Below, in pieces: positions 36,706 through 47,369 of a stretch of 64,000 bases of DNA. Each line of letters opens with the position of its first letter. Position 1 is the stretch's first letter. The DNA is taken from the NCBI GenBank assembly GCA_032128875.1, contig JAVLKG010000003.1:1035757-1099756 (forward strand), read 5' to 3'. The notes beneath the pieces were generated by a model, which made no database searches, was not told the origin of the DNA, and saw only the letters and a program-made list of their open reading frames with translations. The position numbers and the translations under genes are program-made. This stretch comes from Candidatus Melainabacteria bacterium 17Bon1m (GTDB lineage: Bacteria; Cyanobacteriota; Vampirovibrionia; Obscuribacterales; Obscuribacteraceae).

Positions 36706-37791
36706 CTACTTCCCGAAGAGTTCCGGTGCAATTGATTTGACAGCGCTTGCGCTAATGGCTCCAGCGAAGTTTGTTAGCTCTGCACCGGACTTTGTCTTTG
36801 CACGTTGAGCGACAACAGCTACGACTTTTCCGCGAATGCTAACGACAGGACTTCCACTGCTGCCGGATGTAACAGGTGCATCTACTTGCACTGTATTTGG
36901 TGTCACTCGGCTGACGCGCCCCGTTGTGAAAGTTGGCGCATAATACTTTTCAGAATCCTTGTCGAGCTGATCGGATGCAACAGGATAGCCCACAACTTGA
37001 ATTTCTTGTCCTTCGGATGCCGGCATCAAGTCAAACTCAAGTGGCATCGGGTGCAGTCCTGGTGCAGATAAGATTGCGATGTCCGGATCACCCTCCGCTC
37101 CTTCTTTGTACAGTGACGCTTCGATCGCTGGAATTGTCGCTGGTCCTGCAGGATGCAAGAAATAGCCGATGATCGGATTGACTCTCGCCATCTGCGCATA
37201 CTTGAGGAATTTCACTCTCGAAGGGTCAGCACGCAGACTCAAATTTTTCTCGTAACACTCCCAAATCGCATCGACCGTGTTTTGGTAGTGCGCGCGTTCG
37301 CCACCAGCTAAGCCCGGTTTTATACTGAGATTGATTGTTTGGAGAAGTTCGTTAAAACGAGATTCGTGATCTTTGAGAAAGGCAGTTTGCTCTGCGTACA
37401 AACGAGTCGCTGCGAAAAATCTGGCGCACTCTGCGGCAACCGGACCACAAGTTTCGGCTGCCACGTGCCTGTCTGTTACGTAGTATGTTTTGTCTCGAGC
37501 CGCAGTTTTGACTGGGAAAGCAGTGCCATATCCCATGATTTGAAAGCCGCGCGTGTCGTCTTTCAATGTGCAGTAAACAGGAAAACGATACTTTGGTGAA
37601 AGGTCGGATACGTAGCACCAATATTGATCTCGCAATCGAAGTTTCAATCCCGGTCGAACATTGAGTACTTGACCTTTCAATCGCTTGTCGAGCTTTTCCC
37701 ATGTTTCAATTGCAATTGAAGATGGGCAAGCCGCGCTCATGGAAAGCGTAAGCAATAGGGCTAGCGATTTCACTCGGTTGCTAAGATTCAC
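36706..37791 (-). CDS. Secreted trypsin-like (S1) serine protease
   Basis: VTDRHV, DIAIL, VGYP, GSSGSPV catalytic triad; signal peptide. Confidence 0.85.
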   Translation of the reverse strand: MNLSNRVKSLALLLTLSMSAACPSSIAIETWEKLDKRLKGQVLNVRPGLKLRLRDQYWCYVSDLSPKYRFPVYCTLKDDTRGFQIMGYGTAFPVKTAARDKTYYVTDRHVAAETCGPVAAECARFFAATRLYAEQTAFLKDHESRFNELLQTINLSIKPGLAGGERAHYQNTVDAIWECYEKNLSLRADPSRVKFLKYAQMARVNPIIGYFLHPAGPATIPAIEASLYKEGAEGDPDIAILSAPGLHPMPLEFDLMPASEGQEIQVVGYPVASDQLDKDSEKYYAPTFTTGRVSRVTPNTVQVDAPVTSGSSGSPVVSIRGKVVAVVAQRAKTKSGAELTNFAGAISASAVKSIAPELFGK

Positions 37792-37869
37792 TTGCAGTCT
37801 TTCCTGTAGTCCTTTTCTGCGCGTGTTTCGCGGCTTTTCGAATTATAGCCAGACCGGACGACTTTGCGC

Positions 37870-39384
37870 CTAATATGCTGCGGCGGTTGCTTCCGCCGGC
37901 GTCAAGCTGACCTCGATTTCGAATGTTCTATTCCATGGTTGCTTGACTGAAATACTGCCCGGCGCAAATTCGAGGCATTTGCCGATGCGCAGGACGTACG
38001 GGGCGAGCATTGCCGCTAGCTCATTGCCGGGCAAGGCACCTTGCAATTTGGGGCGAACCTGAGTCTGATATCCCCAATCATCCGCAAGTCTGACGAATAG
38101 GCAGCGCTGAAGTGGTGCTTCAACATTGGCGTTGTTTTTCTTGCCATACCAGTGCGCAATCGCCAGAGCGAGTGCAGAGCCCGTTGCGTTGCCTGTTGTG
38201 TTCCACCCTCCGTAGCCCCACAGTTTTTTAAGCAAACCTGGCTTAGACAGCATCTTTTCCATGAGGATAGGATCGCTTCCATTTGCGTATGCGACGTCGG
38301 CAATAGCGACGGGCAGATGGCAAGCTTCTAAAAAGCGAATTGAATTTTCCGCCGAGCGTTCACTCTCGATGTTCGTCAAATTCGGTAAGCCTTGTATGAG
38401 AACATGATCGCCCTGACGAGAGTCGGGAAGGTGGACGAGGAATACGAAATCCGCATCAATAGCCGTTGCTGCTGTGGTGGTATTGTAGGTGCCTGTAACT
38501 TGAACGCCGCAAGCCTTCAAATGTGATTCGATGGTGCGTGCGATTGTTTGACCCTCATAGCGGCTGAAAATCTCGCCCATGGTCTCGTTGGAATAAACCA
38601 GCGCTACTTTTGGTGCACCTGCCTTGGAAGTCAGATGTCGTGCGATGAGAGAGCATAAAACCTCATCAGCACCGGCATACACCGATATGCGATCGGTGAT
38701 GTTCATGTCCTGCGCTGTTTTTTCGAGCATTTGTTTTTCAACAAGGTTCAAACCATACTCGCCTGAATCGTCCAAACTGAGTGTGATGCGCTCGAGTTGC
38801 TTATCTCTGACGAGTTCCAAACATTTTTTCAATGCCTGAAAATTTCTGAATCTTGTGTCCATATAATCCTGCCGAATCTCAGCAGGGACACGCATCTCAA
38901 GCGTGCGCAAATGCGTTCGGTCACCTTCACGGTTTTTCGTCAGCTTGTGCATCTCTTGCGACCAGGCGTAAATTTCGCGACCATATTTTGCCCAGTATTC
39001 TTTTTCTTCTGTATTGTCGTAATTGTCAGAAATGCGCATGATGCTTGCCTGGCAAGATATTGAAGGCTTCTTTTCGCTGCGTTTGTACCAAGCTTTGAGA
39101 CCATCGACTCGCTTTAAGACTTCGGGCAAAGTGATTGGTGCGCGTCGCGATGGAATCAATCCGCCGTAAAGCAAACTGTCGAGCGCCAGAATGAGAGCGT
39201 CTGGTTTTGACGTGCTCGCTTGCTCCAGCCATTCCATGAGCTTTGCCGGGTCGGCGGGTTGAGAAAGAGAGCCCATCAATTTGCGCGGGGGCGCAATTGT
39301 TTCAATGCCAGCAGCCTGAGCAACCATCTGAGGATACACATAAGTAACCGGGCGATCGTCGAGTGGCAAGAGCAGCAGTTTCAT
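37870..39384 (-). CDS. DUF4127-family protein
   Basis: PLDDRP, D.LLYGGLIPSR, GADE, ADVAYANG, YGGWNTTGNA.G.AL, PWNRTFE. Confidence 0.85.
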   Translation of the reverse strand: MKLLLLPLDDRPVTYVYPQMVAQAAGIETIAPPRKLMGSLSQPADPAKLMEWLEQASTSKPDALILALDSLLYGGLIPSRRAPITLPEVLKRVDGLKAWYKRSEKKPSISCQASIMRISDNYDNTEEKEYWAKYGREIYAWSQEMHKLTKNREGDRTHLRTLEMRVPAEIRQDYMDTRFRNFQALKKCLELVRDKQLERITLSLDDSGEYGLNLVEKQMLEKTAQDMNITDRISVYAGADEVLCSLIARHLTSKAGAPKVALVYSNETMGEIFSRYEGQTIARTIESHLKACGVQVTGTYNTTTAATAIDADFVFLVHLPDSRQGDHVLIQGLPNLTNIESERSAENSIRFLEACHLPVAIADVAYANGSDPILMEKMLSKPGLLKKLWGYGGWNTTGNATGSALALAIAHWYGKKNNANVEAPLQRCLFVRLADDWGYQTQVRPKLQGALPGNELAAMLAPYVLRIGKCLEFAPGSISVKQPWNRTFEIEVSLTPAEATAAAY

Positions 39385-39402
39385 TCAGTGGGACCCCTTT
39401 TC

Positions 39403-40122
39403 CTATGGTTTGTTTGAATCAAGTGAACCTGGAATGCTGTGCTGGGATGGTGGCAACGCTGTTGTGGCGCCAAACTTCACTCCCTTCTTTACCTCATTTT
39501 CCGCGGCAACGAGCACGCCATTGTCTGCGCTCTCGGTTTGCTCGGGCGAGATGGTCTGACAGACTTCAGCATCGCTGAAATCATCTTTCGTCCAAACGAC
39601 CGCCTCGAAATAGAAATTCTGCCCAATCATGTCGCCCTGCACAGGCGTTTCGACAAACAATTGTCCAATGCCGCCTTCGCCGATTCGAACCAGTGCGACG
39701 AGCTTTCTGTCCGCACCAAGTCGAATTTTGTGTCCGGCAATGTCTTTGGCGCCGGAGTTTTTGTCAGCCATGGCGATTGCTGCCCAAGCTCCGGGCTTCC
39801 CTTTGACGATGAATTCTTCAGAGCGGCCCAAAATCATGCGACCTGGCAGATAGAGGCGAGGAGGCACCAATCGGTCGGACAGCTTCAGGCGGCTCGCCAG
39901 TGTTCGGCGTCCGGGGATCGAAATCGGCTCGGTGATCGGGTCGTCATTCGCCGACCCGGCTTGTTGCGAACCCCTGGTAAACGGAGTGGGGTGGGTTTTT
40001 AGCATATTGGGAGGTCCGAAAACCTCGTCCGCAGCCAGCGCCGGACTGCAGAAAACCGGTACTAGTAGGCTGAACGCGAGCCCCAATGCGGCGTGTCTGC
40101 TTGCTTTTGAAAACAATCTCAT
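39403..40122 (-). CDS. Secreted hypothetical protein
   Basis: Signal peptide ending PALA; 239 aa. Confidence 0.75.
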   Translation of the reverse strand: MRLFSKASRHAALGLAFSLLVPVFCSPALAADEVFGPPNMLKTHPTPFTRGSQQAGSANDDPITEPISIPGRRTLASRLKLSDRLVPPRLYLPGRMILGRSEEFIVKGKPGAWAAIAMADKNSGAKDIAGHKIRLGADRKLVALVRIGEGGIGQLFVETPVQGDMIGQNFYFEAVVWTKDDFSDAEVCQTISPEQTESADNGVLVAAENEVKKGVKFGATTALPPSQHSIPGSLDSNKP

Positions 40123-40228
40123 GGCATCCGATTCTTTATATATATGTTGGACTTAGTGGATTATATCGCCTCGCGAATGTTGCGGCGCCGTTTTTGTAGG
40201 GACTATGCCATGCATCGCCCGCTGTTCG

Positions 40229-40282
40229 GTAGGGCAGGCACATGTGCCTCCCAGCCCAGGGAGCCGGATGCGGCTTCCCTAC
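40229..40282. repeat. GTAG-type REP doublet (degenerate copy)
   Basis: GTAG-GGCAGGCACATGTGCCTCCC...GGGAGCCGGATGCGGCTTCC-CTAC; another partial GTAG unit at 40196. Confidence 0.7.
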
Positions 40283-40349
40283 ATCTGATTTGGAAAGATT
40301 GATATGCTGGTTGGATATTGATCGAGGGAAGTATTTCAGTTTGGCTCGA

Positions 40350-40613
40350 TTGACTGCCTCAGGACCGCCGCAGCCGCTGGCGACCACGATTAAGGAGTGG
40401 TTGCTGGAGCAGGTTCCGCTTATGGAGGCATTTCTGATTGCTGTCAGTATCCATGTGGCGTTGTTTCCTGTCATGTGGTTCATCGGCTTTGCGTTGCCCT
40501 GGCCCAAGTCTCCGGTAATAACGACGATTATTGAATACGATCTTGGAAACTGGCCCGAGATGCCCAAACCAAAGAAAGTTTTTGAATTTCGCGATCCCAA
40601 GCTCAATCAATAG
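40350..40613 (+). CDS. Small membrane protein (TonB/TolA-like S-x-x-x-H anchor)
   Basis: FLIAVSIHVALF TM helix; start uncertain because the listed ORF start lies inside the REP. Confidence 0.55.
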   Translation: MTASGPPQPLATTIKEWLLEQVPLMEAFLIAVSIHVALFPVMWFIGFALPWPKSPVITTIIEYDLGNWPEMPKPKKVFEFRDPKLNQ

Positions 40614-40972
40614 CGCAGTTGTGCGTTCTGTTTTGCTCCCCGAGGCTCGGTTGGGCGGGGAACTTTAGCTTGGAATTTTCGCTCGGAATTTTCATTTGCC
40701 GATTCGATTAACTTTGGATTTGCGATTGAACTTTTTTGTATATCAACTCGTATTTAATTGTATGAGCAGTCGGATGCAATGCAGAATTTTTATCGAATTG
40801 GTGGTGTAACTACGGATCCGCTGAGCGTTTATTAGCCTAGACTGATACTTAAATCACAGACGCGCGCATTACCCGTGGTGGCTTGTGATCTCGAAGTATA
40901 TCTTTTGGATTTGCGGTTTGTATCCGCTGGTTTTGTAGTCGGTGTGTGTTGGATAGCGAGAAGGCGATTGGT

Positions 40973-43618
40973 ATGAACAGCGGCAATGGCAAAGAGCAGG
41001 CAAATTCGTCAGGTGGCGGCGCAGGGATGAATCTCTCTGCACGGGGCAAAGTCTGGCTTGTGCCGAAGGTAAGCCCAGCGGACGCCGCGCTTGTCGCAGC
41101 TGCGAGCGGGTCTGACTTGATTGCTCGCCTTTTGGTTCGTCGTGGATTCGACTCGGCAGAAAAGATTCAAGCCTTCCTGGACAGCACAGGATATACCTAT
41201 ACCAGTCCACACGAATTACCCGATGTAGATAAAGCTGTAGCTCGCATCACTGATGCTATCAACAAGAAACAGCACATCACCGTATATGGTGACTACGATG
41301 TGGACGGTGTGACCGGAACGTCCGTTTTGATGACTGTTTTAAAACGCCTGGGAGCCTCGGTCAGCTACTACATCCCCCATCGCACCAGCGAAGGTTATGG
41401 GTTGAATGTCAAAGCTGTAAGTATTCTTGCAAGCAAGCACAGGACCAAACTGATCATTACTTGCGATTGCGGCGTGTCCAATTTTTCAGAGATAAATCTT
41501 GCCCGGTCTCTGGGCGTCGACACGCTTGTACTCGATCACCACACTATGCCGGAAATGTTGCCGCCGGCTGTGGGCATTGTGCACCCCAAGCGGCTTCCGG
41601 AAGATCACCCACTTTTCCATTTGCCCGGCGTGGGTGTTGCTTACAAAGTATGCGAAGCGCTCCTCACCGAGCATGGGCATGCCGATGAAGTGGAAAGCCT
41701 TCTCGATTTTGTTGTTCTCGGCATGATCGCCGACCTTGTACCTCTTGTTGGAGAAAACCGGCACATTGTCCGCAATGGTTTGCAGGCATTGCTCAAGTCC
41801 CCAAGACCTGGCATGCAAGCACTTCTTGGACAAGTGCAGAAGTCCGGTGACACCGATATGGTGGCATTTGGAATTGCTCCGCGCATCAATGCTGTTGGAC
41901 GTCTTGCCGATGCCAATACAGCAGTGGAGTTGTTGACGACAAATGACGCATCAGTAGCCGAAAATATCGCCAAGCAACTTCAGTTGGAAAATACACGCCG
42001 CCAAGATCTTTGCGACAAGATTTTTGCTGAAGCCGACAAGATGGTTCAAGATCGCATCGATCTGTCTGCAGATCGCTGCATCGCTATCTACAAGGAAGGC
42101 TGGCATCACGGCGTTGTCGGCATTGTCGCTTCCAAGTTGGTTGAGAAATACAATCGACCGGTTTTCATCGGTGAATTAGAGCCGGAAGAAAATGTCGTCA
42201 AAGGCTCGGCGCGCGGAGTCGATGCTATCGATCTCTATCAAGTGCTCAAGGCTAACGAGCATTTGCTCACCAGATGGGGCGGGCACAAGATGGCGGCCGG
42301 TTGGGGCGTCGAAGGCTCAAAAGCCGATGTACTATGCCGGGCGCTGACGGATACTTGCAACAAGATGCTCGCCGGCGATCCTCTTATCCCAACATTGAAT
42401 ATCGATGCTGAAGCATTTGCTGTGACTGTCGATCTCGACCTGGCTCGCAACCTTCAATCATTGGCACCGTTCGGAATGGGCAACCGCAAGCCAATTTTCA
42501 TCTTGCGCGGTATGACTTGCCAATCAACACGTGTCTTGGGCAAAGATGGCAAACACCACAGAGTCATGCTCGAGCACAACGAGATTGCAGAAGCACTCGA
42601 ATGTGTGATGTGGAATACCCAAGGTGTCGTTCCGCAAGACGGGGAGCGCATCGATGTCGCGTTCACTCCGGAAGTGAATACTTTCAATGGACGTGATCGA
42701 TTGCAGTTAGTTTTGTCGGACTGGCGTATTGAGCGGCAGGGTGATGACGATATCCAAATAACCGAGGCGACGATCAAACGCAGTTTAGCTGTTCCTCAAA
42801 AGGCACCGGTAGCTTCATCCGTTCCTGCATCCACTGATGAGGGTGTCCCGGCTGTGGCAGGAACGCGCCGAGAGATTCGTTCGCAAATAACCACGTGGAA
42901 AGACCTTCGCGAATTCGACAATAAAAGCGAGGTCTTGAAGAAAGCTGCAGAGCGTTTGGGTTCTGATTATGTGATGTTCAGTGAGACGACTCCTCACGCG
43001 GGCGACATGAATGCTTCTGATCGCACGACTTTGAAGGCTGCGGGTAACTTGATCATTTGGCAGTATCCGCCCAGCTCCAACGTTTTGAAGGAAGTTTTGG
43101 ACAAGGTCAAACCCAAGACCGTTTTTGTTGTCGGACAGCCTGACGATGTAACTGATGACGCGTCGGTTTTCCTCAAGCGCTTACTTGGTCTCATTAAGTA
43201 CGCTGTCAACAACAAAGAGGGACAGGTTGAAGGTGACAAGCTTGCTGCGCTCATGGGCACTAGCAAGATGGCAATAGCTCTGGCGCTAACCCTCCTTCGC
43301 AAAGTCCACGTGGTGGACTGGTTTGCCGAAGAAGGTGTTCTGTTCCTCGATCTGATTGGACAACCCGAGAGTGCCCCAGAGGATCACCCTGAATTCCGCC
43401 AACTGTCTGACAGTTTGCAACAAGTCAAGAAGTTTAGGACCTGGATGTCCGAAACCGCGCTCAAAGAGATACAATTAGCGGTCGCTACCAACCAGATTGA
43501 GTTGGTAAGCCCTGGCGAAACAGATTCCCTTACACAACCCGGGGAAGACACGCTTCTGACCGTTAATGAGGATTTTGAAAATGACCAACCCGACAGCCGC
43601 GAAGGCGCCAGCATCTGA
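40973..43618 (+). CDS. recJ: ssDNA-specific exonuclease RecJ with C-terminal extension
   Basis: YGDYDVDG, EGYGL, DCG, DHH, APRINAVGRL, GSAR, GGH, APFGMGN; start could be 41027. Confidence 0.96.
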   Translation: MNSGNGKEQANSSGGGAGMNLSARGKVWLVPKVSPADAALVAAASGSDLIARLLVRRGFDSAEKIQAFLDSTGYTYTSPHELPDVDKAVARITDAINKKQHITVYGDYDVDGVTGTSVLMTVLKRLGASVSYYIPHRTSEGYGLNVKAVSILASKHRTKLIITCDCGVSNFSEINLARSLGVDTLVLDHHTMPEMLPPAVGIVHPKRLPEDHPLFHLPGVGVAYKVCEALLTEHGHADEVESLLDFVVLGMIADLVPLVGENRHIVRNGLQALLKSPRPGMQALLGQVQKSGDTDMVAFGIAPRINAVGRLADANTAVELLTTNDASVAENIAKQLQLENTRRQDLCDKIFAEADKMVQDRIDLSADRCIAIYKEGWHHGVVGIVASKLVEKYNRPVFIGELEPEENVVKGSARGVDAIDLYQVLKANEHLLTRWGGHKMAAGWGVEGSKADVLCRALTDTCNKMLAGDPLIPTLNIDAEAFAVTVDLDLARNLQSLAPFGMGNRKPIFILRGMTCQSTRVLGKDGKHHRVMLEHNEIAEALECVMWNTQGVVPQDGERIDVAFTPEVNTFNGRDRLQLVLSDWRIERQGDDDIQITEATIKRSLAVPQKAPVASSVPASTDEGVPAVAGTRREIRSQITTWKDLREFDNKSEVLKKAAERLGSDYVMFSETTPHAGDMNASDRTTLKAAGNLIIWQYPPSSNVLKEVLDKVKPKTVFVVGQPDDVTDDASVFLKRLLGLIKYAVNNKEGQVEGDKLAALMGTSKMAIALALTLLRKVHVVDWFAEEGVLFLDLIGQPESAPEDHPEFRQLSDSLQQVKKFRTWMSETALKEIQLAVATNQIELVSPGETDSLTQPGEDTLLTVNEDFENDQPDSREGASI

Positions 43619-44165
43619 GCTTACGCTGCCACTGTCCACGGAAAAGTCTGACTGGCTAAAGTCGACCATTAGAGATATTCCTGACTTTCCAAAGCCTGGC
43701 ATTATCTTCAAAGACATCACTACGCTTTTGAAAGATCCGCAAGCGTTCGGATTCGCAATTGATGTAATTACTGAGCAAGTTCGAAAACACAATGTCGATT
43801 ATGTTGTCGGCATTGAAGCACGCGGATTCATTCTTGGCTCGGTAATTGCTTACAATTTGGGTAAAGGCTTTATTCCAATTCGCAAGCCGAACAAGCTGCC
43901 GTATAAAGTCGAGAAAGTTGAATACGACCTCGAGTATGGAACAGATTCTGTCGAAGTGCACATCGATGCAGCAGCGAAAGGACACAAAGTCGCGCTCGTT
44001 GATGATTTGCTCGCCACCGGCGGAACCGCTGCTGCCGCCTATCAACTGCTGACAAAGCTCGGCGCAGAGGTCTCCACTATTGGATTCATCACCGAACTCT
44101 CATTCCTCGATGGACGCAAAAAGTTGCCTGCTAACGTCGATATCTTCTCGCTGATTAACTACTAG
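43581..44165 (+). CDS. apt: Adenine phosphoribosyltransferase
   Basis: IPDFPKPGIIFKDIT, GIEARGF, LEYG, VDDLLATGGT. Confidence 0.97.
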   Translation: MTNPTAAKAPASELTLPLSTEKSDWLKSTIRDIPDFPKPGIIFKDITTLLKDPQAFGFAIDVITEQVRKHNVDYVVGIEARGFILGSVIAYNLGKGFIPIRKPNKLPYKVEKVEYDLEYGTDSVEVHIDAAAKGHKVALVDDLLATGGTAAAAYQLLTKLGAEVSTIGFITELSFLDGRKKLPANVDIFSLINY

Positions 44166-44168
44166 TTC

Positions 44169-45383
44169 ATGCGAATGTACAAACGATCGAATAAAGCCAC
44201 AAGGGTGGCTCGTCTCCTTGCCGCTTCACTCGCTGTTTTCGCACACGTGTGCTACCCCGCACAGGCTTATTTGGATGAACCTGAGATTGATAATGAATCT
44301 CAGCAAATGCATTGGAAATGTGGCTTTATCGACAAGCAAGGCAAGCCTGTTATCGAAGCTAATTATGACGGTGCGAAGCGCTTTTCCGAGGACCTAGCAC
44401 CTGTTTGCATTAAGGGCAAATGGGGTTTTATCGACACGAATGGTGACCTCAAAATTCCGATGCAATTTGAAGACGCAAACTCTTTTTCGAATGGTTTGGC
44501 GGCTGCTCAAGCAAAAGGCAAATGGGGTTTTATCGATGCCACTGGCAAATTCGTGATTGCGCCTCAGTTTTTGTCTGCAAAGAAGTTCTCTGAGTCATTG
44601 GCTTTTGTTGAGGTTGAGCAAAATAAATGGTCTTGTATCGACAAAACAGGGAAAGTTCAGTTTGCACTCGATGCGAATGTTAGTAGTGTAGATAATTTCA
44701 AAGGCGGCTTGGCTGTTGTTCATCGGTCAAGTACCGCTGAGTATCGAGATCCGAAAGGAGAAAAGCTCTTCAGTGAGTTTGAACGACATTCGCATCCGTT
44801 TTCTGAAAAATTAGCGTGTGTTTCTGTTTCACCAAATGGTTGGAATTATTCTTACGGCTATATTGACGAAAAAGGAAGGACTGTCGTAGAGCCAACATAC
44901 GCACGTGCAGGTTCTTTCAGTGAAGGTCTTGCTTGTGTTTGTGTTCACGAGGGTGAACAAGAAATGTTGCCGAAATACCCGATGGGAAAATGGGGATATA
45001 TTTCCAAAGACGGAAAGGTTGTTATTGCTCCCTCGTTTGACGATGCTGGAAATTTCCACGAGGGAATGGCGGTAATTCTCGTTGGTGAGAATGGGCTTTG
45101 CGGCTATATAGATGCGAGGGGTAAAACAGTGATTCCGGCGAAATACGTTCGTGGTTTTGACTTTAGCGACGGACTAGCACTGGTCCGCGAAGGCACAACC
45201 TGGAAATTCATCGACAAAGCCGGCGCTATTGCAATCACGCCAGATGCTGCTCTGTGTGGCAGTTTCCACGCTGGTCGTGCTTTGGTTGCTAACCCTGTCG
45301 ACAAGGAAGTATTGAATCGCCTCGATGCGGAAAATTACAAGTTCCCGATGCCAATTCACCATCAGTACGACGAGAACGACTAG
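44169..45383 (+). CDS. WG-repeat (KWG) secreted protein
   Basis: Repeated KWGFID..G...I...F..A..FSEGLA. Confidence 0.92.
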   Translation: MRMYKRSNKATRVARLLAASLAVFAHVCYPAQAYLDEPEIDNESQQMHWKCGFIDKQGKPVIEANYDGAKRFSEDLAPVCIKGKWGFIDTNGDLKIPMQFEDANSFSNGLAAAQAKGKWGFIDATGKFVIAPQFLSAKKFSESLAFVEVEQNKWSCIDKTGKVQFALDANVSSVDNFKGGLAVVHRSSTAEYRDPKGEKLFSEFERHSHPFSEKLACVSVSPNGWNYSYGYIDEKGRTVVEPTYARAGSFSEGLACVCVHEGEQEMLPKYPMGKWGYISKDGKVVIAPSFDDAGNFHEGMAVILVGENGLCGYIDARGKTVIPAKYVRGFDFSDGLALVREGTTWKFIDKAGAIAITPDAALCGSFHAGRALVANPVDKEVLNRLDAENYKFPMPIHHQYDEND

Positions 45384-45407
45384 CAAGTTCATCTGATAAA
45401 CACGTGC

Positions 45408-45469
45408 TCGCTAACGAACCTGCCTCGCTAACGAAACTAAATCGCCAGCGAACCAAATCGCTAACGAAC
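45408..45469. repeat. Four direct repeats TCGCTAACGAAC at 16-17 bp period
   Basis: Units at 45408, 45425, 45442 and 45458. Confidence 0.8.
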
Positions 45470-45820
45470 TTACTCGTTAGATGCGTCGATGAAGCTGTGG
45501 CCGAGTTCGGTCAACTGCAGCCAAACGCTGGCATCCGAGAGAAATGCCGCGTTTTCCAAAATAAACTCTCTCATGTGCAGGCAGATTTCGTCGCACCTTT
45601 CGAATCGGTCAGGATAATTCTGAGCTTTTATCTCCATTTCGAATGGCGAGATCATCGCGCCACCATCAACTGAGATGATGCGAACGGAAATTTCTTCCGG
45701 CACCAGTTTGCGTTCTGTTGAAGTCAGCTGCTGTGCGAGTTTCACTCTCAGCTGTGGAATAAGAGGCGTAATCTTATCTGCTGGACAGTGTTTTGAGTGG
45801 TAGATGTTAGCGGTTGGCAT
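45470..45820 (-). CDS. Hypothetical protein (possibly tautomerase-like fold)
   Basis: 116 aa starting Met-Pro; GAGG upstream. Confidence 0.6.
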   Translation of the reverse strand: MPTANIYHSKHCPADKITPLIPQLRVKLAQQLTSTERKLVPEEISVRIISVDGGAMISPFEMEIKAQNYPDRFERCDEICLHMREFILENAAFLSDASVWLQLTELGHSFIDASNE

Positions 45821-45868
45821 TGATTTCTTCTGTCCTCATGCTTCCGAACTCGTAGGTTCGCTTGGCGT

Positions 45869-46714
45869 TTAACAGTAACTGCCGTCTGCAGTTCTGATGC
45901 TTATTTCTCCAGCGTGCAAAGTAATGTGCGAACCGTCAGCAAGCTGTACGATCAGCGCGCCACTATCAGTGATATCAACGGCTTTTCCTTCGAGTTTTCT
46001 CTCAGAATTTTCAGTGACGATCATCTGCCCGATTGTTATGGAAAGATCTCGCCAACGTTTGGTTAACTGCTGCGAAGTCGCTGGGTTCAAGAGTTGAGAT
46101 GTAGTTTCAAACGCTTTTGCAATTGCGGCTGCCACGCGGTTTGGGTCGACATCTTCATTTTTGATTCGAGAAAGAGAATCGATCCTGCTGGTAAGCTCAT
46201 CAGGAATGTCTTCCTGCTTTAGATTGATGTTAATACCAATTCCCACAATCACAGCTTGTGGCAGCGCCTTCGCTTCTGGTGTCGCATTGCCGAGCGCCGG
46301 CATCTCAGCAAGTATGCCGCCGATTTTGCGCCGATCGTAAATGATGTCGTTTACCCATTTCAAGCCGACTTCGAGATCGCAAACAGATCGAATCGCATCA
46401 GCGACTGCGACTCCAGCGGCGATGGTCAAAAGTGGGATTTGAGATTGGGGCTGTCGCGGCCGCAAGATCAAACTCATGTACAACCCGGCATCAACCGGCG
46501 ATACCCATGTGCGACCAAGACGCCCCCGCCCAGCCATCTGATGCCGTGCGAGGACGATGACTCCTTCCGGCGCGCCTTCTGCAGCGAGTTCTGCGGCGCG
46601 AGTGTTGGTAGAGCCAATGCTTTCCCACAGTTCGTTTCGCCAGCCGGGCGCTCGACCCAGCCAACTTGTTTCCAATTGCGATTCGAACTTCGTGAGATCC
46701 AGAGTTTCCGACAT
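45869..46714 (-). CDS. birA: Biotin--[acetyl-CoA carboxylase] ligase (no N-terminal HTH)
   Basis: STN, Q.AGRGRLGR.W.S, LKWVND, KIGGIL, GIGIN. Confidence 0.95.
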   Translation of the reverse strand: MSETLDLTKFESQLETSWLGRAPGWRNELWESIGSTNTRAAELAAEGAPEGVIVLARHQMAGRGRLGRTWVSPVDAGLYMSLILRPRQPQSQIPLLTIAAGVAVADAIRSVCDLEVGLKWVNDIIYDRRKIGGILAEMPALGNATPEAKALPQAVIVGIGININLKQEDIPDELTSRIDSLSRIKNEDVDPNRVAAAIAKAFETTSQLLNPATSQQLTKRWRDLSITIGQMIVTENSERKLEGKAVDITDSGALIVQLADGSHITLHAGEISIRTADGSYC

Positions 46715-46786
46715 CAGACGGCCTTGGTTCGCAATTCCTGAAAGACCATTTAGAGCGCATCAACTTTGCGTTAACTGCGCCCTTTT

Positions 46787-47200
46787 TTAATTGTGATGGA
46801 CGTTGGTCAAAATTTGCTTGGGGCCAGACAAGAGTTTGTGGATGGGGCACTTGTCTGCAATTGCTCTCAATCCGTCGACTTGCTCTTGTGTGAGGTCGCC
46901 TTGCAAGTCAATTTCTCTTGTGATTTTAGAAATCTTCTTGCCGGGATTTTCCGGATCTTCAACTGTTTCTTCTTTCAGTTTGACTTCGATATTTTTGACC
47001 GGCCATCCCTTGCGCTCTGCGTACATCTGGATGGTGATCGACGTGCAAGCGCCGAGCGAGCCGAGGAGGAGTTCGTGCGGGTCCGGACCCACTGCTTCAC
47101 CGCCGAATTCTTTCGGCGCGTCTGCAGTCATTGTGTGCTCACCTGCTTTGATTTCTTGTTTGTATTTACCGGTGGTGGATTTAACTAGAACTTCATTCAT
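46787..47200 (-). CDS. OsmC/YhfA-family protein
   Basis: D.P..FGG...GPDP.ELLL.SLGACT...MYA.RKGW...ADKCPIH; GGAG RBS. Confidence 0.92.
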   Translation of the reverse strand: MNEVLVKSTTGKYKQEIKAGEHTMTADAPKEFGGEAVGPDPHELLLGSLGACTSITIQMYAERKGWPVKNIEVKLKEETVEDPENPGKKISKITREIDLQGDLTQEQVDGLRAIADKCPIHKLLSGPKQILTNVHHN

Positions 47201-47369
47201 TGCTCGATTCTCCATATTCATGTCGGAGCGATGGCTCGCGTCGACGCACACTGTCGTCCGCTTCACCAATTCCGGCGAGTTACTGATCTTACAACCCCAT
47301 GGCATCGAATGTAGTAACGAGAGAATGCGGGGTTACAATAATTGGCTTAACTTTGATTCTGGTGGACAC

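Noticed and set aside
40242..40349. N-terminal part of the listed 123-aa ORF
   Set aside because: It starts inside a REP element; the coding part probably begins at 40350 or later.
46803..47369. 392-aa ORF suggesting a long N-terminal extension on the GNAT
   Set aside because: The extension is antisense to the osmC-family gene; the real start is the ATG at 47370.
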